DNA of 64,000 nucleotides from Sphyrna mokarran (lineage: Eukaryota). The position numbers were made by a program, and so were the translations under genes. Positions 1 through 13,189 of this stretch are shown in pieces. The stretch is from the NCBI GenBank assembly GCA_024679065.1, contig JAGIQG010000004.1, forward strand, positions 62,558,001 to 62,622,000, read 5' to 3'. The notes beneath the pieces are model-generated. The model was given only the letters and a program-made list of their open reading frames with translations. It was not told the DNA's origin and did not search any database. Each line of letters opens with the position of its first letter. Position 1 is the first letter of the stretch.

Positions 1-212
1 CACGCAGAGGGTGGTGAATATTTGGAATTCTCTGCCTGATGTGGTGGTGGAGGCTTCCTCGCTGAATATGTTCAAGTCAAGGGTGGATAGGTTTTTAATT
101 GACAAGGGAATTAATGGTTATGGGGAGATCAGCCATGATCTTACTGAATGACGGAGCAGGCTCGAGGGGCTGTATGGCCTACTCCTGCTCCTATTTCTTA
201 TGTTCTTATATG
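1..212 (+). mobile_element. CR1 LINE 3' end
   Basis: TQRVVNIWNSLP...VVEA...FK C-terminus followed by 3'UTR and TTCTTATG tail. Confidence 0.85.
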
Positions 213-224
213 TTGTATTTCTGA

Positions 225-355
225 ACCCAACTCTCCACTTAACTGGTGATGGAGCAGCGTTCCAAAAGTTCACACTACCCAATAAATCTGTTGAACTTTA
301 ATCTGGTAATTCTTATTTTGCCCATCTCAGTCCAATGCCAGCACGTCCACATCAT
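225..355 (+). mobile_element. Degenerate Penelope-like element terminal repeat
   Basis: gatggagcagcgttccaaaag...aataaatctgttgaacttta...cagtccaatgccagc; related to the reverse complement of 9535-9625. Confidence 0.5.
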
Positions 356-687
356 TTTAACCATGTGGTATTGGTTTAGGGGGGGGTTAATGGACTTTTG
401 TTTATAAAACAAAAAAGTCTCCTGAGATTTTTGATTAAAGGAAGGAAGGTGATGTTATGTATACATGGCCATGTATTAATAAGATTAATGGGAAGAGCTA
501 AGTTTCTGGAAGAGACAAAAGAAGCTTTCAGTTTAGTTTCAGGCTGGAATATTTGAAGGCAGAAGTCTGCAAACTGCTCTGAAAATCAAAACCTCTCTGA
601 AGAAGTGAAGGCTATTACCCCAATTTATGGCAGGTATTCCTTGGGCTGCTAACTGTATTTGAAGTATTTTTTTGACTCCATAAGAAA

Positions 688-809
688 AACGTTGATTATT
701 TGGAACTGAAAGTGATAAGGTAGAATTTAGAGTTCTTTCTTTCATGCTTTATTATTAAAACTGGTAGTAATCAAACTACTAATTTTATCAAAGTTATACT
801 TAAACTGTG
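688..809 (+). repeat. 122-bp direct repeat, copy 1 (copy 2 at 6077-6198)
   Basis: aacgttgattatttggaactg...aagttatacttaaactgtg occurs at both positions, apparently identical. Confidence 0.9.
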
Positions 810-1002
810 TTATGAAGTAAAACATGATTTACAACACAAATGCTGAATTTGTCAGTGGAATTACTCCTGGCATGAAGCATCCCATCCTTAATTTGTGCCA
901 AAACAAAAAAAAAACACGTTGTTATATATTCTGGATTGCTAATGTAACTTGGCATTCTGCTCCAGAGTCCTAACGGCAAAACATAATGGAAAAATCACCA
1001 GA

Positions 1003-2790
1003 CTTGATTTGGTGTGATTTATTGTTGTCACATATATTAACATACAATGAAAAGTATTGTTTCTTGCATGCTATGCAGGCAAAACATACCATTCATAGAG
1101 AAGAAAACGAAAGAGTGCAGAATGTAATATGACAGTCGTATCTAGGGTGTACAGAAAGATCAACTTAATGCAAAGTAAGTCCATTCAGACGTCTGACAGC
1201 AGCAGGAAAGAAGCTGATCTTGAGTTCATTGGTACACGACCTTAGAATTTTGTGTCTTTATCCCAATGGAAGAAGATGGAAGAGAGAATGTCTAGGATGC
1301 ACGGAGTCCTTAATTATGCTGGCTGCTTTGCCGAGCCAGCAGGAAGTATAAACAGAGTCAATGGATGGGAGGCTGGTTTGCTTGATGGATCGTTCCTTGT
1401 GGTCTTGGGCAGAGCATGACTCATAAATGCGATGCAACCAGAAATAATGCTTTCTATGGTGCATCTACAAAAGTTGGTGAGAGTTGTAGTTGACATGCAA
1501 AATTTCCAAGTCTTCTGAGAAAATAGAGGCGTTGATGGGCTTTCTTAACTACAGTGTCGGCATGGGGCGGGGTGGCTGGGTGGGGGGGTGGGGGGAACCA
1601 GGACAGTTCGTTGGTGATCTGGACATCTGGAAACTTGAAGTTCTTGAACCTTGCTACTTCATCCCATTTATGTAGGCATATTCGCCTTTACACTTCCTGA
1701 AGTTGATAACAATCTCCTTCATTGTGTTGATATTGAGAGAAAGATAATTATTGCTGTGCCAATTCACCAGATTGTCTATCTCATTCCTGTCCTCCGTCTC
1801 ATCATTGTTGGACATCCGATCCATTACGGAGGTGTTGTCAGCAAACTTGAAAATCGCTTTGGTGGGGAATTTGCCACATAGTCGTAGGTATATAAGAGGT
1901 TCAATATGTGGCTGAGAACACAGCATTGTGGGACACCAGTATTGAGGATGTTTTAGAGGAGATGTTGTTCCCTATCCTGACTGATTGTGGTCTGTGAGTT
2001 AGAAAGTTCAGGATCCAGTCACAGAGGGAGGTGCTGAGAATCAGGCCATGGAGTTTGGATAATAATTTCGTGGAAATAATAGTGTTGAAGGCTGAATTAT
2101 AATCAATGAATAGGAGTCTGACATAGGTGTCCTTGTTTCTAGGTGTTCCAGGGTTCGGTGCAGGACTCAACTCCTTTGCAATGGTAGGCAAACTGTAGTG
2201 AATCCAGTATTCCGGGAGGATGGAATTGATTCATGTCATGACTAGCCTTTTGAAACATTTTATAATGATGGATGGCAGACCCACTGGTCAACAGTCATTC
2301 AGGCACGCATCTTGGTTTTTCTTAGGTACAGGGATGATGATCGTCTTCTTGAAGCGGATAGAGACCTCACACTGTTTGACAGAGAGATTGAAGATGTCTG
2401 TGAATACTGCTGCCAACTGATTCACGCAGGATCTGACTGCTCATCCAGGTATCATTCGATATCCGTGGGTTGGCGTTGCAGAAGGCTGCTTTGACGTTTG
2501 CAATGGTGACCCCAAATAGAGGTTCATCCCGGGCTTTCGGGGTAGAGGATATGCTCTCGCTGACCTCTTGCTCAAGAGAGATGTAGGATGCATTGTGCTC
2601 ATCAGGGAGCCGGGGATTTTACACGCCTTTATCTTGTAGCCTGTTACGTCTTGCTGACCTTACCGTAGTCGGGGGCGGGGGTGAAAGAGCCGGGGGATGG
2701 GGATCGGTATGACTAGCCTAGGCTCTAGCTTGTTCTGGCGCAGTCTTTTAGCATATTTGACGGACCTTCTTAGATCGTATCTGGATACGT
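1003..2790 (-). mobile_element. Rex1/Babar-type non-LTR retrotransposon, degenerate RT and 3' end
   Basis: [17 protein letters not shown]...[18 protein letters not shown]; IFKFADNT; 3' end tgatttattgttgtcaca. Confidence 0.8.
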
Positions 2791-3409
2791 AATTATACAG
2801 ACACCAGCTTCAGCAATATTAGTCGTGACCGTTGGCAGCATACTTCAAGTACAGACAGCACTCCAGTTTCGGAAACGAATTAATCATCCTTTGGAGAGAA
2901 ATAAAAATCCATTTTACTTGAATATATGTTCACTAACCTTTTTCCGTATTATCCATGAATATGCAAACATTCACGTGATATCAAAAGATTCCATACTTCA
3001 TTGAAAAATAGTGAGGTATGTGAGGTGTCAACTATCACGGAGAGCTCTCACCTCTGACACAAGGGTATAACCAATACATTGATGTTGCCAACCCTGATGT
3101 CCTCAGCTGCGTCATATTACAATACCATTAACGCCCAGTTATCTTCAAATCTCTCGATTGCCCGCGCCTGTCAGTGATTCTCGCTGATTTTCAGAACGGG
3201 GTCATCGCCTTTGCATGGAATGTCTATATTCAATCTGCTGGGCATTATTTAGACAGGCGTATACATTTTCGTGATTTGATTAAATAGGGAAAGCAATATA
3301 ATGTGAAGAACATTTCTCTCCAATGTTTATCGCAGTTTATATTTTTCATTTTATTTGCAATATGTTCATCACTACTTTTACCTACCTTTGATTGTGTTGA
3401 TTTCTGAGA

Positions 3410-3700
3410 GCTACTTTCGGAGCTGTTCTCTGAGTTGTTCGGATGCCCGAATATGATGAAAGGCACACATGTTATCATGAATTGCTCTTTCCAACATTCT
3501 AGTTTCAATGCTATCATTTGTGTTTCCTGGTGAGAAGGTGGCTAAAAGTTGATGTTGAATCCGGCTGCAGAGAAAAGCAAAATGCACCTGACTTATGATC
3601 AAAGGTTTTCTGCTCAATTTGAGTCTCCAGGTCTCTGGAGTCTATTATGGAAGCGTTAAAAATGAATTAATCTCCAATGGTATTGAACTGAGCTTCTGGT
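3410..3700 (+). pseudogene. Degenerate Ig V-set exon related to the V exon at 25248-25544
   Basis: MMKGTHVIMNCSFQHSSFNAIICVSW*EGG*... then frameshift to FLLNLSLQVSGVYYGSVKNELISNGIEL. B-strand Cys and C-strand Trp present; DSGVYYC decayed to VSGVYYG; xNGxEL G strand. Confidence 0.7.
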
Positions 3701-4671
3701 TATTGGAGAGTGATATTGGGGGAGAAGCGCACCAGCGTAAAATACTGCAGGTGAACATCAGAGAATATGTAACTGACCAAATTGGCAGAATTACCACTCA
3801 GACCTGATTTGCGTTGTTATTTTCTAATATTTGCAGTATACGCTGTGTGTTCACAGCAGCATTTACTTGTCTGTGAAAATTAGACATTCATTATGGAGCA
3901 TGAAGTTCCAACAATACCGAAGGAGTCCGTGCTCGTGATTTTCGAAATATGTCATTCCCATTAGTCAGTTTTAAGAATTAATTCCTCCCCCCCGCCCCCC
4001 ACCGACTATGGTACGGTCAGCAAGACGTAACAGGCAACAAGATAAAGGCATGTAAAATCTCCGGCTCCCTGATGAGCACAATGCATTCTATATCTCTCTT
4101 GAGCATTCATACAAACGGCATTTTTAAAATTCCTATTCTGCATTTCTCTTTGGTTGCCGGACTACCTTCTTTAATGGCTGTGATCGATATTTTGAAGATG
4201 CTTCCTCATCGTCTGAAATTCCACCTGTTTGATCCCCGCAGCAAGGAACAAACGGTGATATGTCATCACGTCAGAATGATGTCTCATTTGATGACAAGTT
4301 GGAGGTGATGCTCATGTTATGTGGCTGATGTCCTTAACATATTATGTAACGCAGCCCATGAATTTGTCAGGTGGTGCAGCAGCCTCCTTGGCGACTGATC
4401 TTATATGTTTTTCAGACAGCACGTACTGCAAACACGGTGCACAGATCGTGAGGGTGATCGTTGTTTCATTAAATAGATTGTTTTACGGCAGGTGCAGTTT
4501 TCGGAAATCTGGCGGTATTTCACAGCTATTCTCATCTGGACAAATAAACAATATCCCAGCAAAATTCAGTCTTGAAAGGTGCGGGGATACGTTGTCGAAG
4601 CAATAGTTCCATCATTCAATGGAGAATATCTAGCCTCGAAACTGCTGCAGTAACCTTGGCAATAAAACCTT

Positions 4672-5422
4672 GGATGAATGAGTACACTATCAAAGGTAGG
4701 AGTCTTAGCTGTGTGGAAGAGCAGAGGGATCTTGGGGTCCGGGTCCATAAGACTCTCAAATCGGCCTCCCAGGTGGAGGATGTGGTTAAGAAAGCTTACG
4801 GTGTACTGGCCTTCATTCATCGAGGGATTGAGTTCAGGAGTCAGGAGGTAATGCTGCAGCTTTATAGCACCCTTGTCAGACCACTCTTGGAGTACTGTGC
4901 GCAGTTCTGGTCGCCTCACTATAGGAAGGACGCGGAAGCTATTGAAAGGATGCAGAGGAGATTTACAAGGATGTTGCCTGGATTGGGAGGCATGCCTTAT
5001 GAAGACAGGTTGAGGGAGCTGGGACTGTTCTCCCTGGAGAGACGAAGGTTGAGAGGCGACCTGATAGAGGTTTACAAGATGTTGAGAGGAATAGATAGGG
5101 TGGACTCTCAGAGACTATTTCCCAGGGCTGAAATGGTCGCGACGAGAGGGCACAGATTTAAGGTGCAGGGAAGCAAGTACAGAGGGGATACTAGGGGAAA
5201 GTTTTTCACTCAGAGGGTGGTGAGTGAATGGAATCGGCTGCCGTCGGTGGTGGTCGAGGCGAACTCGCTGGGGTCTTTTAAAAGACTTCTGGATGAGGAT
5301 ATGGGATCCAATGGGATTGGGGGTTATAGATAGGTCTATGGCTGGGTAGGTTTTGATGTGTTCGGTACAACTTGTGGGCCGAAAGGCCTGTTTGTGCTGT
5401 AGTGTTCTATGTTCTATGTTCT
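4672..5422 (+). mobile_element. Young 5'-truncated CR1 LINE (ORF2 C-terminus and 3'UTR)
   Basis: ORF 4572-5333 with LYSTLVRPLLEYCAQFWSPH; tail gttctatgttctatgttcta. Confidence 0.92.
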
Positions 5423-6076
5423 AAAACGCTGGTTAGACCTCATTTGGAATACTGCGTCCAGTTCTGGTTGCCTTACTACCGGGAGGACGTGGAGACTCTG
5501 GAGAGAGTGCACTAGAGGTTTACCAGGATGCTGCCTGGTATCGAAGGTCTGAGTTACGAGGAGAGACTAGGCAAATTGGGACTGTTTTCCTTAGAAAGAC
5601 GTAGACTTAGAGGAGATTTGATAGAGGTGTACAAGACTTTGAAGGGGATAGATGATGGCACCCAGGTTGATAAAGTTGTTAAGAAGGCGTACAGTGTGTT
5701 AGCTTTTATTGGTAGAGGGATTGAACTTAGGAGCCGTGAGGTTATGTTACAACTGTACAAAACTCTGGTGCGGCTGCACTTGGAGTATTGCGTACAGTTC
5801 TGGTCGCCACATTATAAGAAAGATTTGGAAGCATTGGAAAGGGTGCAGAGGAGGTTTACCAGGATGTTGCCTGGTATGGTGGGAAGGCCTTATGAAGAAA
5901 GGCTGAGGGGCCTGAGGTTATTTTCATTAGAGAGAAGAAGGTTACGCGGTGACCTAATTGAGGCGCAAAAGATGATCAAAGCACTGGATAGGGTGGATAA
6001 TGAGAGCCTTTTTCCTTGGATGGTGATGACCAACACGAGGGGACATAACTTTAAATTAAGAGGTGGTAGTTATAGG
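5423..6076 (+). mobile_element. Two fused CR1 fragments of different subfamilies
   Basis: ORF 5528-6112 contains the LFSLERRRLRGDLIE region twice; junction near 5652. Confidence 0.85.
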
Positions 6077-6198
6077 AACGTTGATTATTTGGAACTGAAA
6101 GTGATAAGGTAGAATTTAGAGTTCTTTCTTTCATGCTTTATTATTAAAACTGGTAGTAATCAAACTACTAATTTTATCAAAGTTATACTTAAACTGTG
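6077..6198 (+). repeat. 122-bp direct repeat, copy 2
   Basis: Matches 688-809 and directly abuts a truncated CR1. Confidence 0.9.
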
Positions 6199-6763
6199 AT
6201 TTATTTATTTATCAATTTATTTTTTTATTTATCAATCGGGATCCCCAGGGATCTGTTCTAGGACCCTTGCTGTTTGTGGAAACAATATGAAATCTAAATT
6301 GCATTTTCTGCGTAGTTAATGTAATGAAAAATGAGCACATCTACTGACAATATATTTATTGATATATATAGAAGTTAGCTTATCATGAATCATCAATTTA
6401 TTTCAGTTGCCTATTGCATTTGTAGGAATGAATTTAATTTCAAGTACTAACACTTAGTTATTAGTTATTGTATTACAGCTAAGATGCAACATGCAATGAA
6501 TACTTTCCTAACACTAACAGGATGTTAGAATTGGTTTTAATATATAGATATTGGGTTTCGTTTACAGAGATCGAGATTAGTTTCATTTTTAGATCCATTT
6601 ATGAATACTGCAAATTTTAGATATTAACAACCAGATGGGGAATATTTCCAAAAAATAGATCTCAGACTGAGACTGTGGTACCCTGATGCAGAATGTCTCC
6701 TGTGTCAATTCCGTTTGAGACTCCAGCAGCATCGCATTGACGAAACCAAACATTTTCCTACAG

Positions 6764-7071
6764 ACAAGTTTCAAATAGGAGATGGCCGAACAGAGGAGAA
6801 TTCGTTGAATAAATTTCATGAATAAACATTACTGCCACAACAATTTGTCAGCATCTTCAGATCACCTGCTGATGACATTCTCACGGGAGAGTCAATGGTT
6901 GCGTTTATTGGATACAAAAATTGGCGTCTGAATGCAGGGGAAGCAGGGTTCATGCTAGATCAGATACGGCACCACCATCACGTATTTGGGAGAATTCTTG
7001 TTTCAATCTATGGTGTCGTCGATCGGATGGAGATTGGAATGGTGTCGAAAACATTTAATCAAATATTCAAA
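6764..7071 (+). pseudogene. Probable degenerate Ig V-set exon
   Basis: 308 nt between acceptor ttttcctacag and donor gtaagt. Reads LQITC**HSHGRVNGCVYWIQK and later SIYGVVDRMEIG / NGVE across frameshifts. Confidence 0.45.
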
Positions 7072-7944
7072 GTAAGTGAAGTTGAAAGAAGTAGATTGTG
7101 GAAACCTGTACCACAAAGCATCTGCAGCCTGCAGAAAGGATGAATTTTGGATGACCGAAGTTGGCAACAGTTAAGTCGTAGTAATTACTCCTCTGGACAA
7201 GTTTCATTGAAGCGTTTAAAATTCTGTCCTATGCCGTAGCCTGGGAGCGGAACTTTCTAATGTAGGAACTGGAAAGGAGACGGGATTACTTTAAAATGGG
7301 AATTGTTGTCTTGGCGAGAATAGCGGAACTAATATTCTTCATATCTAAGAAGCTTTCAATGTGGAGTACAGAGAGAGATTGACCTTTTTACCTTGCCAGA
7401 TAGTAGCTCAGCCTGGTGATATAAGAGTAGAAGTATTGCACTTGTGCCATTTAAAAATCATTAGACACACTACAGTTCGAAATGCGCCTACACTTCAGGG
7501 GCCGTAGTAATGAAAGTGAAGAGTTGCACCATCTACTTAGTGACATTTGGCCTGTAACTTGGACATCAAAGCTAATTAAAAAGTTAACTAATAGGAATGT
7601 TTGAATTTTTCTGGCAGGTGGGAACAGCGCAACAATGAAACATCACGTACACTCACAAAGGGGCTGTTTGCGGATGATATTTGATGGGAGCCATGCATAG
7701 ACTAGCGTAGGGATCTGGACTGAATCAGATTCACATTGTGGCGGAATATTAAAGAATGCGGGGAAGGCAAATAATGGTCGAGCTCCTGGACTGCGGCTGG
7801 AAATGTATTAATCTTCTCCATGGAAGAGAGAAAAAAAAAATGGACGAAGAGCAATGTGCCCGTCAGATTAAGTGACAGTATTCTCGAAAGTTACTCACAT
7901 GTAAGATACAAAACAAAAACGATACTAGGTTAGCAAGATTTTTA

Positions 7945-8620
7945 CCAACAAAGAACAAATAACAAAGAAAATTACAGTCCTCCAAACTTACACTGGCCAT
8001 GCTGCCCGACTTAACTAAACCAGCTACTCTTCCAGCGACTATATCCCTTTATTTCCATCCTATTCATGTATTTGTTCAGCCGCAATTTAAAACTCACTAT
8101 CATATTTCTTCCACTACCTTGCCTGGCAGCGAGTTCCAGGCACCTGTCACCCCCCATGAAAAAAAATTGCATCGTACATTTGCTTTAAACCTTGCGCCTT
8201 ACACCTTAAACCTATACCTCCCCACGCCCCAGTAGTTGCGTCTTGCATCCTAGGATATAGCTTCTGACTGTGCCCCTGCCCTCCCTAATTTTGTTGATCT
8301 GTATCATGTTGCCCTTCAACCTCCGTTGTCCCAGTGCGTACAAATTAAGCTTCTCCAACCTCTCTCCTCGTAGCTGATGCCCTCCATATCAGGCAACATT
8401 CTGATTCATCTTTTCTGTATCCTCTCCAAAGCTTCCACATCCTTCTGATAGTACGGGGAAAAGAATTGAACACAACATATCAAGTGCAACCGAACAAAGT
8501 TTTATGAAGCTACAATATAACTTACCAATTCTTAAGCTCAATGCCCCGGTCGATGGAGGCAAACATGTCGTATGCCTTTTTGACTACCCTTTCCTCCTGC
8601 GTTGCCAGTTTCAGTGACCA
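7945..8620 (-). mobile_element. Old CR1 LINE 3' fragment
   Basis: Reverse-strand CR1 C-terminal motifs; aacaaagaac-type tail. Confidence 0.7.
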
Positions 8621-8789
8621 GGAGATAAAGTCTCGGGAATTGAATGGATTCTTGAGGAATCACGGACAGGGATATGTATAGAAGTACAATGTTGGGATAA
8701 CAGATTCTTTGCCGCTTCCTTGGCTTGTCTGATCTTGTATTCTGTATATCTAACCTGTATCGATTATAGATAGATAACCGTGCTGAAAC

Positions 8790-9100
8790 GCTTCCATGGA
8801 GAACTAAGCTATCGCACTACTTGGTTAACTTAATTTTATTTCGGTGCACAGAGAGTGAGTCTCCCCTAACCACGTTGACTGAAGATAGAAAAACAAATTA
8901 TTATGGTGATAAGATATCCATGCTTCAGCTGCTATATGTTCTCGTTTCTAAGAAGTCATTGATTCCTCTGTCTTCATCCAGAATGTGATGCACGAATAAC
9001 GATTTTGATTAATGCCGTTTAATACATTCCCAGTGCCTCCAGCACCTGTGACGATAACGTTCCTCGCACTGCTCTGGACAACATCTTCTTTCTTTCCCAA
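8790..9100 (-). pseudogene. Possible highly degenerate V-set exon
   Basis: DVVQSSARNVIVTGAGGTGNVLN...ITFWMK and FLSSVNVVRGDS in another frame; canonical cysteines not retained. Confidence 0.3.
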
Positions 9101-9534
9101 ACAGCTTAACTTGACATCAAAATGGCACCGAAATTAGAATTGGAATAAACCCTACAGAAAGACGGAACGAGGAGAGACTTTAGCAGGTTTCCAGCTCCCT
9201 CAAGCCTATAGATATCTAGTTGGTTTATACATCCCATATTTCTTATATTTCTCTCGTGACCCCAGCCAACCACAGTTACACATTTCACGATCAAGGAAAA
9301 ATCGCTAAATTATTCATCTGAATTACACCTTGTCGGACTTAAAGACCTACTGGGGCTTTGCTAGTGGTCCAAGATCTTCAGCAGGACCTCATTGAATGTA
9401 TTAGATGAAGGACGTTAATGCGCTATACCAGAATGAGATTGCCAAGTGTAAATATGTAATGATCTCGTTCAGAGTGGTTGAAAATTCGAAGATAGAACAT
9501 GTCTGAAGCAGATAAATGGTTTTAATCTCGTAGT

Positions 9535-10010
9535 AAGAACTCTCACAACACCAGGTCAAAATCCAACAGGTTTATATGGTAGCAGACGCCATTAGCTTTT
9601 GGGGCTCTGTCCCTTCCTCACGTAAGTGGGGTACCCTGATCACAGAGTATATAAAACAGTCAGTTTACAGATTATTGATTAGAATGCGAGTCTTTACAGC
9701 TAATCTGCTTACAGCAGACAATGTGCGTGGAGATAGCATGAAGTCCAGGTTAAAGATATGTGTATTGTCTCCAGACAGGACAGTAAGTGAGATGTTGCAA
9801 GCTCAGGCAAGTCATGGGGGTTATAAATAGTGTGACATGAACCCAAGATCCCGGTTGAGGCCGTCTTCATGTGTGCGGAACTTGGTTATCGATTTCTGCT
9901 TAGCAACTCTGCGCTGTTGTATGTCATGAAGGCCGCCTTGGAGAACATTTACCCGAAGATCAGAGGCCGAATGCCCGTGACAGCTGGAAGTGTTCGCCAA
10001 CAGGAACAGT
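9535..10010 (-). mobile_element. Penelope-like element, GIY-YIG C-terminus and terminal region
   Basis: Reverse strand reads QQRRVAKQKSITKFRTHEDGLNRDLGFMSHY. Confidence 0.75.
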
Positions 10011-10019
10011 CTTAATCTC

Positions 10020-10630
10020 GTACACAGAAAATGGTTGCTGATTTTTTAGAAACAATCATCAGCAAGACGGATTGTCCATAATTGCCTCTCCCTTCCCCTT
10101 GACCATACCCGTCTAACATCACTCTCCTCGCCCTGACTGACTTGTACTGTCACTTAACAAGTTTTTCTTCAGTTAATCTCATTTGTTGAAAATAAAATAG
10201 TGTGGTAATAGGTACACGAATGGGACCCAGTAATGCCCATCTTTTTCCTTAATCATATTCTACTCAGACTGCACTAATAACATTTTTTTTCGCGGCTTTA
10301 TACGGTCATCCTCTCCAGGGTGGCGGGGCGGGGGGACATTTTGCTTCCCGTTGCTATCCCTCCCTCACCTTCAGATGGTTCACTACGACACATTCCTTAC
10401 TTTCCTCCATCTCTGTCTCTATTTCCCGTGATGAACAGACAACCAATATTCACTAAAACCCACCGACTTCCACAGATTCCTTGACTACTCATTCTTACAT
10501 CTTGATTCTTGTAAGGTCTCTCTCATTCTCCCAATTTCTCTGCTTATGCCAAATGTTCAAAAAAGACGATACTGTGATGCCTGCATTTTTCGTTAACCGA
10601 GTTTCACCATGCACATCGCACCCCTCGTTA
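10020..10630 (+). mobile_element. Penelope-like RT fragment
   Basis: VVIGTRMGPSNAHLF, matching the Penelope GxAMGTxMGPxYA motif; downstream FTKTHRLP (YxKPT-like region). Confidence 0.7.
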
Positions 10631-11930
10631 TTGACAGAACAAACAATAGCATAGCACAAAAACAAACGTTCAACCCGCCGACACAGTTTCCTCCCTAATC
10701 CCATATTGTCTTACCTTATTTCCTGCTATTCATGTATCTATCCAGATGCCTCTTGAACGTTGTATAGAATCTCCTTCCACCAACTCCTCTGACAGCATGT
10801 TCTGGACATTCGTCACCCTCTTTGTGAAAAAATCGTCCCTTACATATTTTTTAAACGATCTCCCTCTCACAGTCAACCTATGCCCCCGGGTAATTGACTC
10901 TTCTATCCTGGGAAGAAAACTTTGAATATCCATTCTATCCAAGTCTGTCACATTCTTGAAAGTCTCTATCAGACCGCCCCCCCACCCCCCCCCCATCCTC
11001 CGAAGTCCAATGAAAACAATTCATACGCCTTGTTAAGTACCTAATCCACTTGAGTTGACACTTTGAGGGAACTGGGGATCTGCACGGAATCACATTAAAT
11101 ACGATTTGTCTGGGTTATATTCCATGTGCCATAATTTGGCCCAGTTGTCTAGGTAATTTATATTTTGCTATATTCTCTGACAATCCTCCAAACTACTGGT
11201 TATTCCATTTTTGCATCATCTGCAAACAGACCACCTACATTTATCTCCAAATCATTTATGTGTATTATATCAAAAGAGGCCTCAGCACTGATTCTTGTGG
11301 AACACAGCTGGTCACAGACTTCCAGTTAGAAAAAAAAAATACTCTTCTACTCCTACTCTTTGCTTTCTATTCCCAAGCTAGTTTTATTTCTATCTTACCA
11401 ACTCACCTGAGATCCCATATGACTTCATCTCTGTATTAGCCTGCCATGAGGAACCATATTGAAGGCTTTACTGAAATCAATGTCTACAACATCAACTGCC
11501 CTGTCCTGTCATTCTTTGTCACTTCCTCAAATAATTCAATCAAGTTTGTGAGACATGACCTCCCCTTCACAAAACCATGATTCCAATCTCTAATAAGCCC
11601 ATTCTGTTCGAGATGTGAGTACATCCTGTCCTGAAGAGCCTTCTCCAAAAAATTCCTCATTGCTGACGTAAGGCTCACAGGCCTGTAGATTCCCTGACTG
11701 TCTCTTTTGCAATTTTTAAACAAAAGAACACTGTTAGCTACACTCAAATCCTTTGGTATCTCGCCTGTGGCTAAAGAAGGTACAAAAATTTTGGACCAAG
11801 CCCTCAGTAATTCTCCCCCTGCCTCCCTCAAAATTGTAGGAAAGCCACCATCTGGTCTTGGAAAGATATCCACCTTAATGTTTGTCAAAACCTCCAATAC
11901 CCCTTTCGTTTGTATCTCTATTGATAGGGC
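10630..11930 (-). mobile_element. Old CR1 LINE fragment
   Basis: ORF 11484-12023 YRPVSLTS...HGFVKGRSCLTNLIELFEEVT; 3' end ORF 10730-10996. Confidence 0.85.
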
Positions 11931-13189
11931 ATTCAACCATGTTCGATCCTTTGACCCACGTTTACCGTCACCTTTCCAATTCCCTTGACTCCGAGAGCCC
12001 TGATTGGGTCCCCTTGTCCTCACAGTATCAACCCAGCAGCATTTAATATTTCAATTATTCATGTTACAGCCCTCAACATTAATTTAGGGAACTTCAGAGT
12101 GTGATCTTTCTCCTGTATCATGAATTCCTCTTTCATATCCCTGTCATGTTTTGTCTCAATGCAAATGTTTCCTTCCACTCCGCCACCCACTCTTCAACAC
12201 TAAGCTATTAGTCTCTTCTTCTTAGCTTTTCGACATTTCTGTTGTAATCTATTCCAGATGTATTATAATAATGCATATTCACCAACTCAAGGAAAATGCA
12301 ACCACAAAACACATCTTTGCCTTATCCGCCAACTTCGATTCCTACCATGCCCCCTATCTCTGACAGCATTTTGCAGTATGCACTTTTTTTGTGAAACCTG
12401 TTCCATTCCTCCATCGCGTCCAAATCTTTATTCATTTCCTTTGGCATCTCACAGAGGGTTCAACACATCCCCTTTTTATTTTCTCCTTCCTCCCCATTCA
12501 AGCCCCAGTCATTTTTTTTTAAGTTAAGTGTTCAATTTTGTGTGTTTCCTTCGCTGCTCCCTTCACATTGGGTGACTAAATACCTTCCCCTTCACATTGG
12601 GTGACTAAATTCAGACAGCGTGACTGCTTTGTGAAACATCTTCACTCAGCGCATAAGCAGAAACCCAGCAGAACCTCATCTTTCCATTAGTCATTTGACC
12701 GTCCTCACATTAAACAACTTCCGATTGTAATCGTTTTCCTCTATCGTGAGTCTCCCTTTTATATCCCTGTCATGTTTTGTCTCAATGCAAACTTCCCCTT
12801 CCAAACCCTGCCCATTCTTCAACATTGAGCCATCAAAATCTCGTTCTTAGCTTTGCTACATTTCTGTTGCAATCTGTTCCAGATGCATAATATCACACAC
12901 ACATATTCCTTCTCTTTGGAATCAGAATCAAACGAACTCTAAACATTAATTCAGTTGGTTCTTCCTATAGAGGCTGGCAGACGAGCTTAACTTTTCTGTC
13001 ATTCGCTGTTTTGTTTTGGATTTCAGCATCCGCAACATTTGCTTTATCTTTGAACCTACCCGTAAGGGGGTCTGAACTGTAGAGAGAGTTGTCTTGCAGA
13101 GAGGCAACGCAAAAGGCTGACATTCATAGTCATGGAAAGGAAGTTTACTGATGAAATTCCAGAATTAACATCATCATCTTGCTTCTCCA

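Noticed and set aside
2930-3250. Unique sequence ending in a minus-strand donor-like site
   Set aside because: No domain recognisable
4414-4670. Possible further Ig exon after acceptor tgtttttcag (EGD/VVSLN)
   Set aside because: No Cys/Trp framework recoverable; truncated by CR1
12560-12611. Short tandem duplication cccttcacattgggtgactaaat x2
   Set aside because: Simple slippage duplication in a Penelope relic; two copies only, not an array
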